Made by a program: the position numbers and the translations under genes. DNA of 64,000 bases from Candidatus Latescibacterota bacterium (lineage in GTDB: Bacteria; Latescibacterota; UBA2968; UBA8231): positions 4,320,001 through 4,384,000 of the forward strand of contig CBDETY010000003.1 of assembly GCA_965243025.1 (NCBI GenBank), given 5' to 3'. The notes beneath the pieces were generated by a model, which saw only the letters and a program-made list of their open reading frames with translations, was not told the DNA's origin and ran no database searches. Of this stretch, positions 18,369-29,982 are shown piece by piece (position 1 is the first letter of the stretch; the number at the start of each line of letters is the position of its first letter).

Positions 18369-18555
18369 TGCGGAAGTCGCCGGTCCGGTGCGATCTTTCT
18401 TCTCGAGATGAACAAGGCCGCTGCCGGGGAAAGGAGGTCATTACTGCAGCCCTTATCATCCGCAAGAAGCAGGCCGAGTGATCATGCCGGACCGATTGGC
18501 GCTGAGCCGAAACGGCGGCCAGGTCACAACACCCCAAACCCGAAGGGAGGCAGAA

Positions 18556-18747
18556 ATGCCGGGTCCAAAGAAGTACATCGTCGCTGTCCTGCTAGTTGCA
18601 GGAGTCGTTCTGGGAAATGTGTCCTTGTTGGGGGCACACGGCGGCATGAACCCTAGCTGGTCCCATGGGCACCATGTCAACAATGCATATCCACCTGCGA
18701 CTACAACTGTGAGTTTTACTACAGTCATTACTGTTCCCAAACTGTGA
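18556..18747 (+). CDS. Small (63 aa) putatively secreted His-rich peptide
   Basis: GGGAGG RBS just before ATG; MPGPKK plus hydrophobic core YIVAVLLVAGVVLG; mature part HGGMNPSWSHGHH...; AT-richer than the flanks; followed by hairpins. Confidence 0.55.
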   Translation: MPGPKKYIVAVLLVAGVVLGNVSLLGAHGGMNPSWSHGHHVNNAYPPATTTVSFTTVITVPKL

Positions 18748-18763
18748 CGAACACTGGATGCAT

Positions 18764-18862
18764 TACCTGCTATTGCAGGTATTAGGATCATCATGACCAA
18801 GGTTTTTGACAGACGGGTGCCCTGCGCTCACTCGTTTAGTTAGGAGTGCCAGGGTGCTCGTC
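18764..18862 (+). terminator. Two stem-loops downstream of the small peptide gene
   Basis: TACCTGC-TATT-GCAGGTA (18764-18781) and GACGGGTGCCCTG...CACTC/GAGTG...CAGGGTGCTCGTC (18812-18862, with G-U pairs). Confidence 0.4.
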
Positions 18863-18883
18863 GTTCATCCGCTGGAGTTGATT

Positions 18884-19140
18884 ATGAACCATATCCGGAT
18901 CAGAGGGCAGTATCGCAATGCCTTGGGGCCTACTCATTTGGCTTGCCGTCTCCGGGGGTGCCCATAATGGTGACTACGTGTACCCGATTGCCGAACTCAC
19001 CGACGAGATGCTGGCAAATTCGAGCGGATCTCTTTCTCGACGGGCTTCTGCTGTCGGCCTACCCGGAAAAATCGGGAGAAGAGACCGCGGTCGAGTCGGT
19101 TTCCTGGGGCCGGATCAAAGCCTCGCTGGAGTTGGAGTAA
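18884..19140 (+). pseudogene. Internally deleted, frameshifted secreted-protein gene with a TAVE..SWGRIKA tail
   Basis: The RBS-linked ATG at 18884 is out of frame with the signal peptide plus AHNGDYVYPIAELTDEML (frame of 18918). A further frame gives ADLFLDGLLL...TAVESVSWGRIKASLELE*, which resembles the C-terminus of the gene at 63546. Confidence 0.65.
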
Positions 19141-19224
19141 CCCGCGTACAGCATCGCCTGTCGCCCCTTCCCTTTGGAACCCGCACACGCGTCGGCCCAC
19201 CTTGTTCACAGCATTTCCCTGCGA

Positions 19225-20178
19225 ATGCCCATCAAAGGCGAACCCCTGCGCGAATCTCTCGGCAACTTGATAGTATGCCTGGTGTTCAGGTTCCTCCTCT
19301 TCTGGCATCATTCCGCCTTTGCCCATCTCCTGGAGGGGAGTGTCTTTCGCGTGTCGCGGGACGGGACCTCCATCGGGCGCCTGTCCGCGGTGGAGGGAAC
19401 GTTCGCTCCCGTGTGGGCGCCGGACGGCCGGAGCGTCCTGTACATCGCCCACACGGAGGAAAAGAGCGAGTTCCATCTGGTTTCGGCGAGCGGCGGGGAA
19501 CTGATGAGAATACCGGCTCCGTCTTTCGTGAGCCTCCTGGCAGGCGTATCCTGGTTGCCGGACGGTACGGGGTTCGCCTTCGCAGGCAATTCTCCGGAAT
19601 CGGGAGAGTACGACACCTACCTCATGAAGCTCGGCGCCGGAGAGCCGGAGACAAGGCGGATCGCGAAGGACGGCATCCTGCCGGCTTTCTCGCCCAACGG
19701 GAAGCACCTCCCTTTCATCACCAACCGCGACGGCAACCTCGAACTGTACATCGCCGACAGCGACGGCGGGAACCTGCGCAACCTGAGCCGGCATGCTGGC
19801 CGGGACGTTCGCCCGTCCTGGTCTCCGCACGGCGATCGCATCGCTTTCGAGAGCGACCGTTTCGGCAATCCCGAAATCTGCATCGTGGAGATTGCCAGCG
19901 GGGAAGTGATCAACGTCACCCGGAACCCGGCCAGGGACGGGCAGCCGGCGTGGTCTCCGGACCGAAGGGAGATCGCCTTCGTTTCCGACCGGGATGGGGA
20001 GGCCAGTATCTACCGCATGGCTGCGGACGGGTCCGATGTCGCGAGGCTGACCTCGGGGTCCAATGACCGGGAACCGGCTTGGTCCCCTGATGGGCAAAGT
20101 ATTTGTTTCGTCTCCACCCGGTCGGAACCGTTCCTCGATTCGCTGAGTCGATGGCTTGGAGACTGGCTCGACTGGTAG
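19225..20178 (+). CDS. TolB-like beta-propeller protein (PD40 repeats); start uncertain (19174-19225)
   Basis: Six PxWSPDG-type repeats (PVWAPDG, VSWLPDG, PAFSPNG, PSWSPHG, PAWSPDR, PAWSPDG) with IAF.S.RDG..IY. Confidence 0.85.
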   Translation: MPIKGEPLRESLGNLIVCLVFRFLLFWHHSAFAHLLEGSVFRVSRDGTSIGRLSAVEGTFAPVWAPDGRSVLYIAHTEEKSEFHLVSASGGELMRIPAPSFVSLLAGVSWLPDGTGFAFAGNSPESGEYDTYLMKLGAGEPETRRIAKDGILPAFSPNGKHLPFITNRDGNLELYIADSDGGNLRNLSRHAGRDVRPSWSPHGDRIAFESDRFGNPEICIVEIASGEVINVTRNPARDGQPAWSPDRREIAFVSDRDGEASIYRMAADGSDVARLTSGSNDREPAWSPDGQSICFVSTRSEPFLDSLSRWLGDWLDW

Positions 20179-20605
20179 CGGCAGCAGGAGGGCTGTCCGC
20201 AACGGGAACCCCCGCAAACTCGAAGCCGTCAATTACATAAACAGACGAGGATCGTTGGCTAGGATTCTTTATGGTTCCCACTACTGGGAACTCGCCAGAC
20301 CGTCGGCTGTCCTTCCCCGATAACCGCGGAGATGGCAGCGATCTCGTGGTCGGGGCAGGGCACTGAATCGCGATGAAAGGGGTGCAGCCGGCAAGCGGTA
20401 CTCAAGCCCTGAAATCGACGGACTGGACCGCACCGAAGAAAACGCCCTGATCGCAAGGCCGGGCAGCAAGCGGCAATCCCCTGAGAATCACAGCAATCCT
20501 GCGTTGCGCCTTGTTACAAACGGGTCGCCGCGACAGGGATGGTGTGAACTTTCCAGTGACCTCCGCATATATTTGATCCCTTTTGACGATTGGGGAGGGA
20601 GTTTC

Positions 20606-21613
20606 ATGACCGATACCGACGTCGAGGCCGTCGCCGGCCTCGCGGCGACCCGCGACGAGCTGCTGGAGGAGATCGGCAAGGTGATCATCGGGCAACGGGA
20701 GGTGGTCGAGCAGCTGCTGGTCGCCCTCCTCGCCGGCGGCCACTGTCTCCTTGTCGGGGTTCCCGGGCTCGCCAAGACCCTGCTGATCCGCACCCTGGCG
20801 CGGACCCTGGACCTGAGCTTCGGCCGCATTCAGTTCACCCCGGACCTGATGCCGGCCGACATCACCGGCACCGAGATTCTCGAGGAGGACCCCGACACCA
20901 ACCGCAAACAGTTCCGCTTCGTCCGCGGCCCCGTCTTCGCCAACGTCATACTGGCGGACGAGATCAACCGGACTCCACCGAAAACCCAGGCCGCACTGCT
21001 CGAGGCGATGCAGGAGCACGCCGTGACCGCCGCCGGGCAGACGATGAAACTGAGCGAGCCGTTCTTCGTGCTGGCCACTCAGAACCCGATCGAGCAGGAG
21101 GGCACCTACCCCCTGCCCGAGGCGCAGCTCGACCGCTTCCTCTTCGAACTGCGCATAGACTACCCCAGCGCCGCCGAGGAGGAGGAGATCGCGCGCGTCA
21201 CCACCAGCCTGCCGGGGGCGGAGGTGAAACCGCTCCTTCACGGCGAACAGATAGTCGCCCTGCAGCAGCTGACCCGGCGCGTGCCGGTCTCCGATCACCT
21301 GATCCGGAGCGCCGTGGAGCTGGTGCGCAGCTCGCGCCCGGACGACCCCGCGGCCCCGGAGTACGTGCGCGAGATGGTAAGCTGGGGAGCCGGCCCCCGG
21401 GCGTCGCAGTACCTGGTGCTGGGCAGCAAGGCGAGGGCGATTCTGCACGGCCGCCACGCCTCCTCCGTCGAGGATCTGCTGGCGGTCGCCCAGCCGGTGC
21501 TGCGCCACCGCATCGTCGTAAACTTCCACGCCGAAGCCGAGAACGTCGACGGCAGCGGGGTGGTCGAGCGGCTGCTGGCCGAGGACCGCCTGCGCGAGCA
21601 GCTAGGCATATAG
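20606..21613 (+). CDS. moxR: MoxR-family AAA+ ATPase
   Basis: GVPGLAKT, RIQFTPDLMPADITG, LADEINR, ATQNPIEQEGTYPLPEAQLDRF; RBS GGAGGGAG. Confidence 0.95.
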   Translation: MTDTDVEAVAGLAATRDELLEEIGKVIIGQREVVEQLLVALLAGGHCLLVGVPGLAKTLLIRTLARTLDLSFGRIQFTPDLMPADITGTEILEEDPDTNRKQFRFVRGPVFANVILADEINRTPPKTQAALLEAMQEHAVTAAGQTMKLSEPFFVLATQNPIEQEGTYPLPEAQLDRFLFELRIDYPSAAEEEEIARVTTSLPGAEVKPLLHGEQIVALQQLTRRVPVSDHLIRSAVELVRSSRPDDPAAPEYVREMVSWGAGPRASQYLVLGSKARAILHGRHASSVEDLLAVAQPVLRHRIVVNFHAEAENVDGSGVVERLLAEDRLREQLGI

Positions 21614-21614
21614 A

Positions 21615-22532
21615 ATGACCGCGGCGGCCTCCCCGGACTCAGCCTCCTTTCTCGACCCCGAAACGGTGTCCGGACTGGGCCGTCTCGACCTGATCGCCCG
21701 TCTCGTCGTCGAGGGGTTCATCACCGGCCTGCACCGGTCACCCTACCACGGGTTCTCGGTCGAGTTCTCCGAGCACCGGCCGTACATGCCGGGCGACCCG
21801 ATCCGCGACCTCGACTGGAAGGCCCTGGCCAAGACCGACCGCCTCTACGTCAAGCGCTACGAGGAGGAGACCAACCTCAAGGCCTATCTCCTCGTCGACG
21901 CCAGCGGCTCGATGGCTTTCCGGGGGGCCGGGCCGATCAGCAAGTTCCGCTACGGCTGCTGCCTCGCCGCCGCCCTCGCCTACCTGATGCTGCGCCAGCG
22001 GGACGCCGTCGGCCTGACCCTGTTCCGCGACCGCGCCCTGTCGCACGTGCCGCCGCGGTCGGTGCAGAGCCACCTCCACGTGCTGCTGACCCAGCTGGCC
22101 CGCGCCGAGCCCGAGGCCGACACCCGCACCGCGCCGGTCCTGCACGACCTCGCCGAGCGCCTGTCGAGGCGCGGGCTTGTCATCCTGATATCCGACCTCC
22201 TCGACGACCCGGAGGAGGTCCTCGGAGGCCTGCGCCACTTCTGCCACCGCGGCCACGAGGTGATCGTCTTTCACCTGCTCGACCCCCGCGAACGCGACCT
22301 CGACTTCCGCCGCGGCGACACCCGCTTCGTCGATCTCGAGGAACCGGACCAGCAGCTGCGAACCCAGCCCTGGCACATGCAGGCCGAATACCGGGAGATG
22401 ATGGACCGGCTGCTCGACCGCTACCGCCGGGGCTGCGCCGAGGCCGGCGTCGACTACGCCCTGATCGACACGGCGACCCCCTTCGACGCCGCCCTGTCCC
22501 GCTACCTCGTGCGCCGGAAGCGCCTCGGATAG
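21615..22532 (+). CDS. DUF58 domain protein (vWA-like MoxR partner)
   Basis: GLHRSPYHGFSVEFSEHRPYMPGD..R.LDWK, YVKRYEEETN, DASGSM, LISDL. Confidence 0.93.
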   Translation: MTAAASPDSASFLDPETVSGLGRLDLIARLVVEGFITGLHRSPYHGFSVEFSEHRPYMPGDPIRDLDWKALAKTDRLYVKRYEEETNLKAYLLVDASGSMAFRGAGPISKFRYGCCLAAALAYLMLRQRDAVGLTLFRDRALSHVPPRSVQSHLHVLLTQLARAEPEADTRTAPVLHDLAERLSRRGLVILISDLLDDPEEVLGGLRHFCHRGHEVIVFHLLDPRERDLDFRRGDTRFVDLEEPDQQLRTQPWHMQAEYREMMDRLLDRYRRGCAEAGVDYALIDTATPFDAALSRYLVRRKRLG

Positions 22533-22590
22533 CGTCCCCGCCCATCGGAAAATCCGCCCTCGGTCAGACCCCTCGAGAGCGACGGCTCCT

Positions 22591-22622
22591 AATCTTGACA
22601 TTTTTTTCAAGATTCTTAGGTT
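22591..22622 (+). promoter_or_regulatory. suf operon promoter with overlapping Rrf2-type palindrome
   Basis: TTGACA at 22595-22600 and candidate -10 TAGGTT at 22617; perfect IR AATCTTGA-N8-TCAAGATT (22591-22614) covers the -35. Confidence 0.65.
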
Positions 22623-22715
22623 CAAAAGCCGTAACTCGCCGATTTACAGAAACTAACGTCCCCTTTTAAAGGCATCGCCGCCGGAGCTGTCCGCCCCCTC
22701 CCGGCGAGCCAGGAA

Positions 22716-25282
<2,567 letters not shown>

Positions 25283-25286
<4 letters not shown>

Positions 25287-26053
25287 CGGCGATGCTCGCA
25301 ATCGAGAACCTGCACGCCAGCGTCGGCGGCGCCGAGGTTCTGAAAGGGGTCGACCTCGAAGTCGCCGCCGGGGAGATCCACGCCATCATGGGGCCGAACG
25401 GCTCCGGCAAGTCGACCCTTGCCCAGGTGCTGGCCGGCCGCGAGGAGTACGAGGTGACCGCGGGTTCGGTCACCTACTGCGGCAGCGCGCTCCTCGAGAT
25501 GGACCCCGAGGAGCGCGCCCGCGAGGGGCTGTTCATGGCCTTCCAGTACCCCGTGGAGATCCCCGGGGTCAACTCCGCCTACTTCCTGCGCACCGGCCTC
25601 AACGAGATCCGCAGGCACCGCGGCGAGCAGGAGATCGACGCCATCGACTTCCTCTCCCTGGTCAGGGAAAAGCTCGAGCTCGTCGAAATGGACGAAAGCT
25701 TCCTGAGGCGCCCGGTCAACGAGGGGTTCTCGGGAGGGGAGAAGAAGCGCCACGAAATCCTCCAGCTCGCCGTCCTCGAGCCGAAGCTGGCGGTGCTGGA
25801 CGAAACCGATTCCGGCCTCGACATCGACGCCCTGCGAGTCGTCGCCGCCGGCGTCAACAGGCTGCACGCCCCCGACAAGAGCGTCGTCGTCGTCACCCAT
25901 TACCAGCGGCTGCTGCAGTACATAATCCCCGACGCCGTGCACGTGCTGATCGACGGCCGCATCGCCCGCTCCGGCGGCAAGGAGCTGGCCTTCGAGCTCG
26001 AGCGGAAGGGGTACGAGTGGGTGCGCAAAGAGACCGCCGAGGCCGGGGCATGA
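25283..26053 (+). CDS. sufC: Fe-S cluster assembly ATPase SufC
   Basis: GPNGSGKST, AFQYPVEIPGV, NEGFSGGEKKR, LDETDSGLDIDAL, THYQRLL. Confidence 0.97.
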
Positions 26054-27405
26054 GCCGGGCAAGGCGGGAGCAGGCCGACCGCAGGGAGTGGTACCTCGAC
26101 TGCTTCCGGGAGTTCGAGCAGCGCCTGAACGGCGGCGCCGGGACCCCCCTGCACGCCCTGAGGCGGGAGGCGGCCGACCACTTCGCCGAGCACGGGCTGC
26201 CGACCGGCAGGGACGAGAGCTGGCGCCACTCCAAGCCGCAAACCGTGACGCGGGTGCCGTTTTCTCCCAGCCCCGCGGCGGGAACGGTGGGCGCCGCCGA
26301 TATCGAGCCGCACGCCCTGGAAGAGGCCGCGGCCCTGCTGGTTTTCGCCGACGGCCGCTTCGTTCCCGGGCTGTCGCACACCGACAGGCTGCCCGCGGGG
26401 GTGCAGGCGGTGAGCATCGCCGCGGCGCTGCAAACAGGCGCCGACTTCCCTGTCTCCGGGATCGACCTCCTCGCCGGCGACGGCGCCTCGGGATTCGCCG
26501 CCCTCAACACCGCCTTCGTCGAGGACGGGGCCGCCCTTCGCATCCCCGCCCGGACCGAGGTGGAAGGCCCCGTTCAGATCCTCTACGTGTCGACCGGCGC
26601 CGGAGACGGCCCGGTGGCGTCGTTCCCCCGCACCCTCGTCGTCGCCGGGGAAGGAAGCAGGGCGGCCGTCGTCGAGTCGTTCGTCGGCGGCGCAGCTGTT
26701 TCAGGGGGCGCTTCCCGCCTCACCAACGCGGTATGCGAGATCCACCTCGAACGGGGCAGCCGCCTCGAGCACTGCACCCTCCAGCAGGAGGGGGACGAGG
26801 CGAGCCACGTCGGCATGCTGCACGTCACCGAGAGCGGCGGCAGCCGCTTCACCTCGACCAGCGCCGCCCTGTCGGGCCGCTACCTGCGCCGGGACGCCGT
26901 CACCGTGCTCGCCGGAGAGGGGGTCGAATCGACGCTGAACGGGCTCTACCTCGGCGCCGGCAGCGAGCATATCGACAACTTCACCACCGTCGAGCACGCG
27001 CGCCCCGACTGCTCCAGCCACGAGCTCTACAAGGGGGTGCTCGGGGGCGCTTCCACCGGGGTGTTCCGCGGCAGGATCCACGTGCATCGAAGCGCCCAGA
27101 ACACCGACGCATACCAGTCGAACCAGAACCTGCTGCTGTCGGACGACGCCGACGTCACTTCGCAGCCGCAGCTCGAGATCTACGCCGACGACGTGCGCTG
27201 CAGCCACGGTTCGACCGCGGGGGAGCTGGACGAGGACGCCCTGTTCTACCTGCAGTCGCGCGCCATTCCCCGGTCCGAGGCGGTGCGCGTGCTGGCGCGG
27301 GCATTCTGCGGCGAGGTGGTCGACAGGGTCGGCCCGGCGCAGCTGCGGGCGCACCTGCGCGCGCTGGCCGACGCCAAGGTGGAACGCCTGATTTCGGGAG
27401 GATAG
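26050..27405 (+). CDS. sufD: Fe-S cluster assembly protein SufD
   Basis: LPT.RDESWR, F.ALNTAF, ELYKGVL, AQNTDAYQSNQNLLLS, PQLEIYADDVRCSHG. Confidence 0.95.
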   Translation: MSRARREQADRREWYLDCFREFEQRLNGGAGTPLHALRREAADHFAEHGLPTGRDESWRHSKPQTVTRVPFSPSPAAGTVGAADIEPHALEEAAALLVFADGRFVPGLSHTDRLPAGVQAVSIAAALQTGADFPVSGIDLLAGDGASGFAALNTAFVEDGAALRIPARTEVEGPVQILYVSTGAGDGPVASFPRTLVVAGEGSRAAVVESFVGGAAVSGGASRLTNAVCEIHLERGSRLEHCTLQQEGDEASHVGMLHVTESGGSRFTSTSAALSGRYLRRDAVTVLAGEGVESTLNGLYLGAGSEHIDNFTTVEHARPDCSSHELYKGVLGGASTGVFRGRIHVHRSAQNTDAYQSNQNLLLSDDADVTSQPQLEIYADDVRCSHGSTAGELDEDALFYLQSRAIPRSEAVRVLARAFCGEVVDRVGPAQLRAHLRALADAKVERLISGG

Positions 27406-27409
27406 GGGG

Positions 27410-28657
27410 ATGGTCATTCAGACGGCGGCAGCCGGCGATCTGCTCAACGTCGAAGCGGTAAGGCGCGACTTCCCCATCCTCTCGCGGCGCGTGCGGCACA
27501 AGCCGCTGGTCTATCTCGACAACGCCGCGACGGCGCAGAAGCCGCGCTCCGTCATCGCCGCGGTGTCCCGCTACTACGAGCAGGAGAACGCCAACATCCA
27601 CCGCGGGGTCCACCGGCTCTCGCAGGAGGCGACGTTCGCGTACGAGCGGGCGCGAGGCCGCATCGCCCAGTTCCTCAACGCCGAAAGCAGCGAGGAGATC
27701 GTCTTCGTCCGCGGCACCACCGAGGGGATCAACCTCGTCGCCTCCAGCTTCGGGCGCACCCGGATCGAAGCCGGCGACGAGGTGCTGATCACCCACATGG
27801 AGCACCATTCCAACATCGTGCCGTGGCAGATCGCCTGCCGCGAGCGCGAGGCGACCCTCAAGGTCGCCCCCATCGACGACTCGGGGCGCCTCGACATGGA
27901 TGCCTTCGAGGGCCTTCTCTCCGAGCGCACCCGCCTGGTGGCGGTCGCCCACGCCTCGAACGTGCTCGGGACGATCAACCCGGTGGCCGAGATCGCCCGC
28001 CTCGCCCACGACCGGGGGGCGGTCCTGCTCGTGGACGGGGCCCAGGGCGCACCCCACCTGCCCGTGGACGTGCGCGCCCTCGACTGCGACTTCTACCTGT
28101 TTTCCGGCCACAAGCTCTGCGGTCCGACCGGCATCGGGGTGCTCTACGGCAGGCGGGCGCTGCTGGAGGCCATGCCCCCCTGGGAAGGGGGCGGCTCGAT
28201 GATCGAGTCGGTCAGCTTCGAGAAGACGACCTTCGCCGATCCGCCGACCAGGTTCGAGGCGGGCACCCCGAACATCGCCGGCGCCATAGGGCTCGAGGCG
28301 GCCGTCGACTACGTCAACGAGGTCGGCCCCGAACGGATCGACCAGTACGAGCAGAGCCTGCTCGCCTACGCCGAGGAGAAGCTCGCCGAGGTCGAGGGCC
28401 TGCGGATCTTCGGAACTTCCGACGACAAGGTGGCGGTTATCTCATTCGAGCTGCACGGGGTCCACCCCCACGACACCGGCACGATACTCGACCTCGAGGG
28501 GGTGGCCATCCGCACCGGCCACCACTGCGCCCAGCCCCTGATGTCCCGCTTCGGGGTGCCGGCGATGGCGCGCGCCTCGCTGGCTTTCTACAACACCCGC
28601 GAGGAGGTCGACGTGCTGGCCGGCGCCCTCGCGTCGGTGCGCTCGGTGCTGGTGTGA
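27410..28657 (+). CDS. sufS: Cysteine desulfurase SufS
   Basis: YLDNAATAQKP, MEHHSNIVPW, FSGHK (PLP lysine), IRTGHHCAQP. Confidence 0.97.
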   Translation: MVIQTAAAGDLLNVEAVRRDFPILSRRVRHKPLVYLDNAATAQKPRSVIAAVSRYYEQENANIHRGVHRLSQEATFAYERARGRIAQFLNAESSEEIVFVRGTTEGINLVASSFGRTRIEAGDEVLITHMEHHSNIVPWQIACREREATLKVAPIDDSGRLDMDAFEGLLSERTRLVAVAHASNVLGTINPVAEIARLAHDRGAVLLVDGAQGAPHLPVDVRALDCDFYLFSGHKLCGPTGIGVLYGRRALLEAMPPWEGGGSMIESVSFEKTTFADPPTRFEAGTPNIAGAIGLEAAVDYVNEVGPERIDQYEQSLLAYAEEKLAEVEGLRIFGTSDDKVAVISFELHGVHPHDTGTILDLEGVAIRTGHHCAQPLMSRFGVPAMARASLAFYNTREEVDVLAGALASVRSVLV

Positions 28658-29142
28658 TGGAAGAGCTCAGGGAGCTGTACCAGCAGGTCATCCTCGACCA
28701 CAACCGGAACCCGCGGAACTTCGGCAGGATCGACGGGGCCAACCGCCGGCAGGAGGGGTACAACCCCCTGTGCGGCGATCACCTGCACCTGCACCTGCAG
28801 GTCGGCGACGGGGGCGGGGAGGCGGTGATCGAGGACATCTCCTTCGAGGGCTCGGGCTGCGCCATCTCGAAGGCGTCGGCGTCGCTGATGACCGAAGCCC
28901 TCAAGGGCAGCTCGGCGGCCGAGGCCAGGCAGCTGTTCGAGCTCTTCCACGACCTGGTGACGGCCGATCCCGGGGACGCGGTCGATACCTCGGGGGTCGG
29001 CAAGCTGGCCGTCTTCGCCGGGGTGCGGGAGTTCCCGATGCGGGTGAAGTGCGCGACCCTGGCCTGGCACGCGATGAAAGCCGCCCTGGAGGCCGACGAC
29101 GGCGCCGGGAAAGGCGCGGAGCAGACGGTAACCACGGAGTGA
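28657..29142 (+). CDS. sufU: SufU (IscU/NifU-like) sulfur-transfer protein
   Basis: LYQQVILDH..NPRNFG, NPLCGD, GCAISKASAS, RVKCATLAWH. Confidence 0.95.
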   Translation: MEELRELYQQVILDHNRNPRNFGRIDGANRRQEGYNPLCGDHLHLHLQVGDGGGEAVIEDISFEGSGCAISKASASLMTEALKGSSAAEARQLFELFHDLVTADPGDAVDTSGVGKLAVFAGVREFPMRVKCATLAWHAMKAALEADDGAGKGAEQTVTTE

Positions 29143-29143
29143 G

Positions 29144-29482
29144 GTGAAAATGCAGATGCAGAAGGAGTACCCGGCCGAGAGCGTCGAGGAGAAAGTGGTC
29201 GCCGTCCTCAAGACCTGCTACGACCCGGAGATCCCGGTCGACATCTACGAGCTGGGCCTGATCTACGGCGTCAGCGCCGACGAGGCCGGCAAGGTCCACG
29301 TGACCATGACCCTGACCTCGCCGGCCTGCCCGGTCGCCGGCACCCTGCCGCCGGAGGTGCAGCAGAAGATCGAGGAGAGGGTCGACGAAGCCTCCGCCGC
29401 CGAGGTCGAGGTCGTCTGGGATCCTCCCTGGAACACCGACATGATGTCCGACGCGGCCAAGCTGGAACTGGGCATGTTCTGA
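29144..29482 (+). CDS. sufT: DUF59 / SufT Fe-S maturation protein
   Basis: YDPEIPVDIYELGLIY, MTLTSPACPVAG, VWDPPW..DMMS. Confidence 0.9.
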   Translation: MKMQMQKEYPAESVEEKVVAVLKTCYDPEIPVDIYELGLIYGVSADEAGKVHVTMTLTSPACPVAGTLPPEVQQKIEERVDEASAAEVEVVWDPPWNTDMMSDAAKLELGMF

Positions 29483-29498
29483 AACAGGAGAAGCGGCG

Positions 29499-29969
29499 AT
29501 GAAGCTGAGTGCACAGGAAGAGTACGGACTGCGCTGCCTGCTGACCCTGGCGCGCCACCCGGGCGGCAGCCTGACGATCCCCGAGATCGCCCAGTCCGAG
29601 GGAATCGCCCCCCACAGCGCCGCCAGGTACCTGCGCATCCTGCGCCAGGCCGGCATCATCGACAGCGAGCGGGGCCAGCACGGCGGCTACTCCCTGGCGA
29701 GGGACGCCTCCCGGATTCCGGTCGCCGAGGTGCTGAGCGCCCTCGGCGGACGCCTCTACGACCCCGGTTTCTGCGACCACTTCACCGGCATGGAGGAGGC
29801 CTGCCAGCACTCAACCGTCGACTGCTCGATCCGCGGCCTGTGGATGCGGGTGCAGCGCGCCGTCGACGGGGTGCTGGGCAACACCTCCCTGCAGGATCTT
29901 CTCACCGGAGTCGAGGGCGCCCCCGGCGGCGGGGAGGAAGAGCTGCTGCAGGTCAACCCGAGCGGCTGA
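29499..29969 (+). CDS. Rrf2-family transcriptional regulator with three C-terminal Cys
   Basis: MKLSAQEEYGLRCL, RGQHGGYSLAR, C(DHFTGMEEA)C(QHSTVD)C. Confidence 0.9.
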   Translation: MKLSAQEEYGLRCLLTLARHPGGSLTIPEIAQSEGIAPHSAARYLRILRQAGIIDSERGQHGGYSLARDASRIPVAEVLSALGGRLYDPGFCDHFTGMEEACQHSTVDCSIRGLWMRVQRAVDGVLGNTSLQDLLTGVEGAPGGGEEELLQVNPSG

Positions 29970-29982
29970 AACCCGCAGGCGG

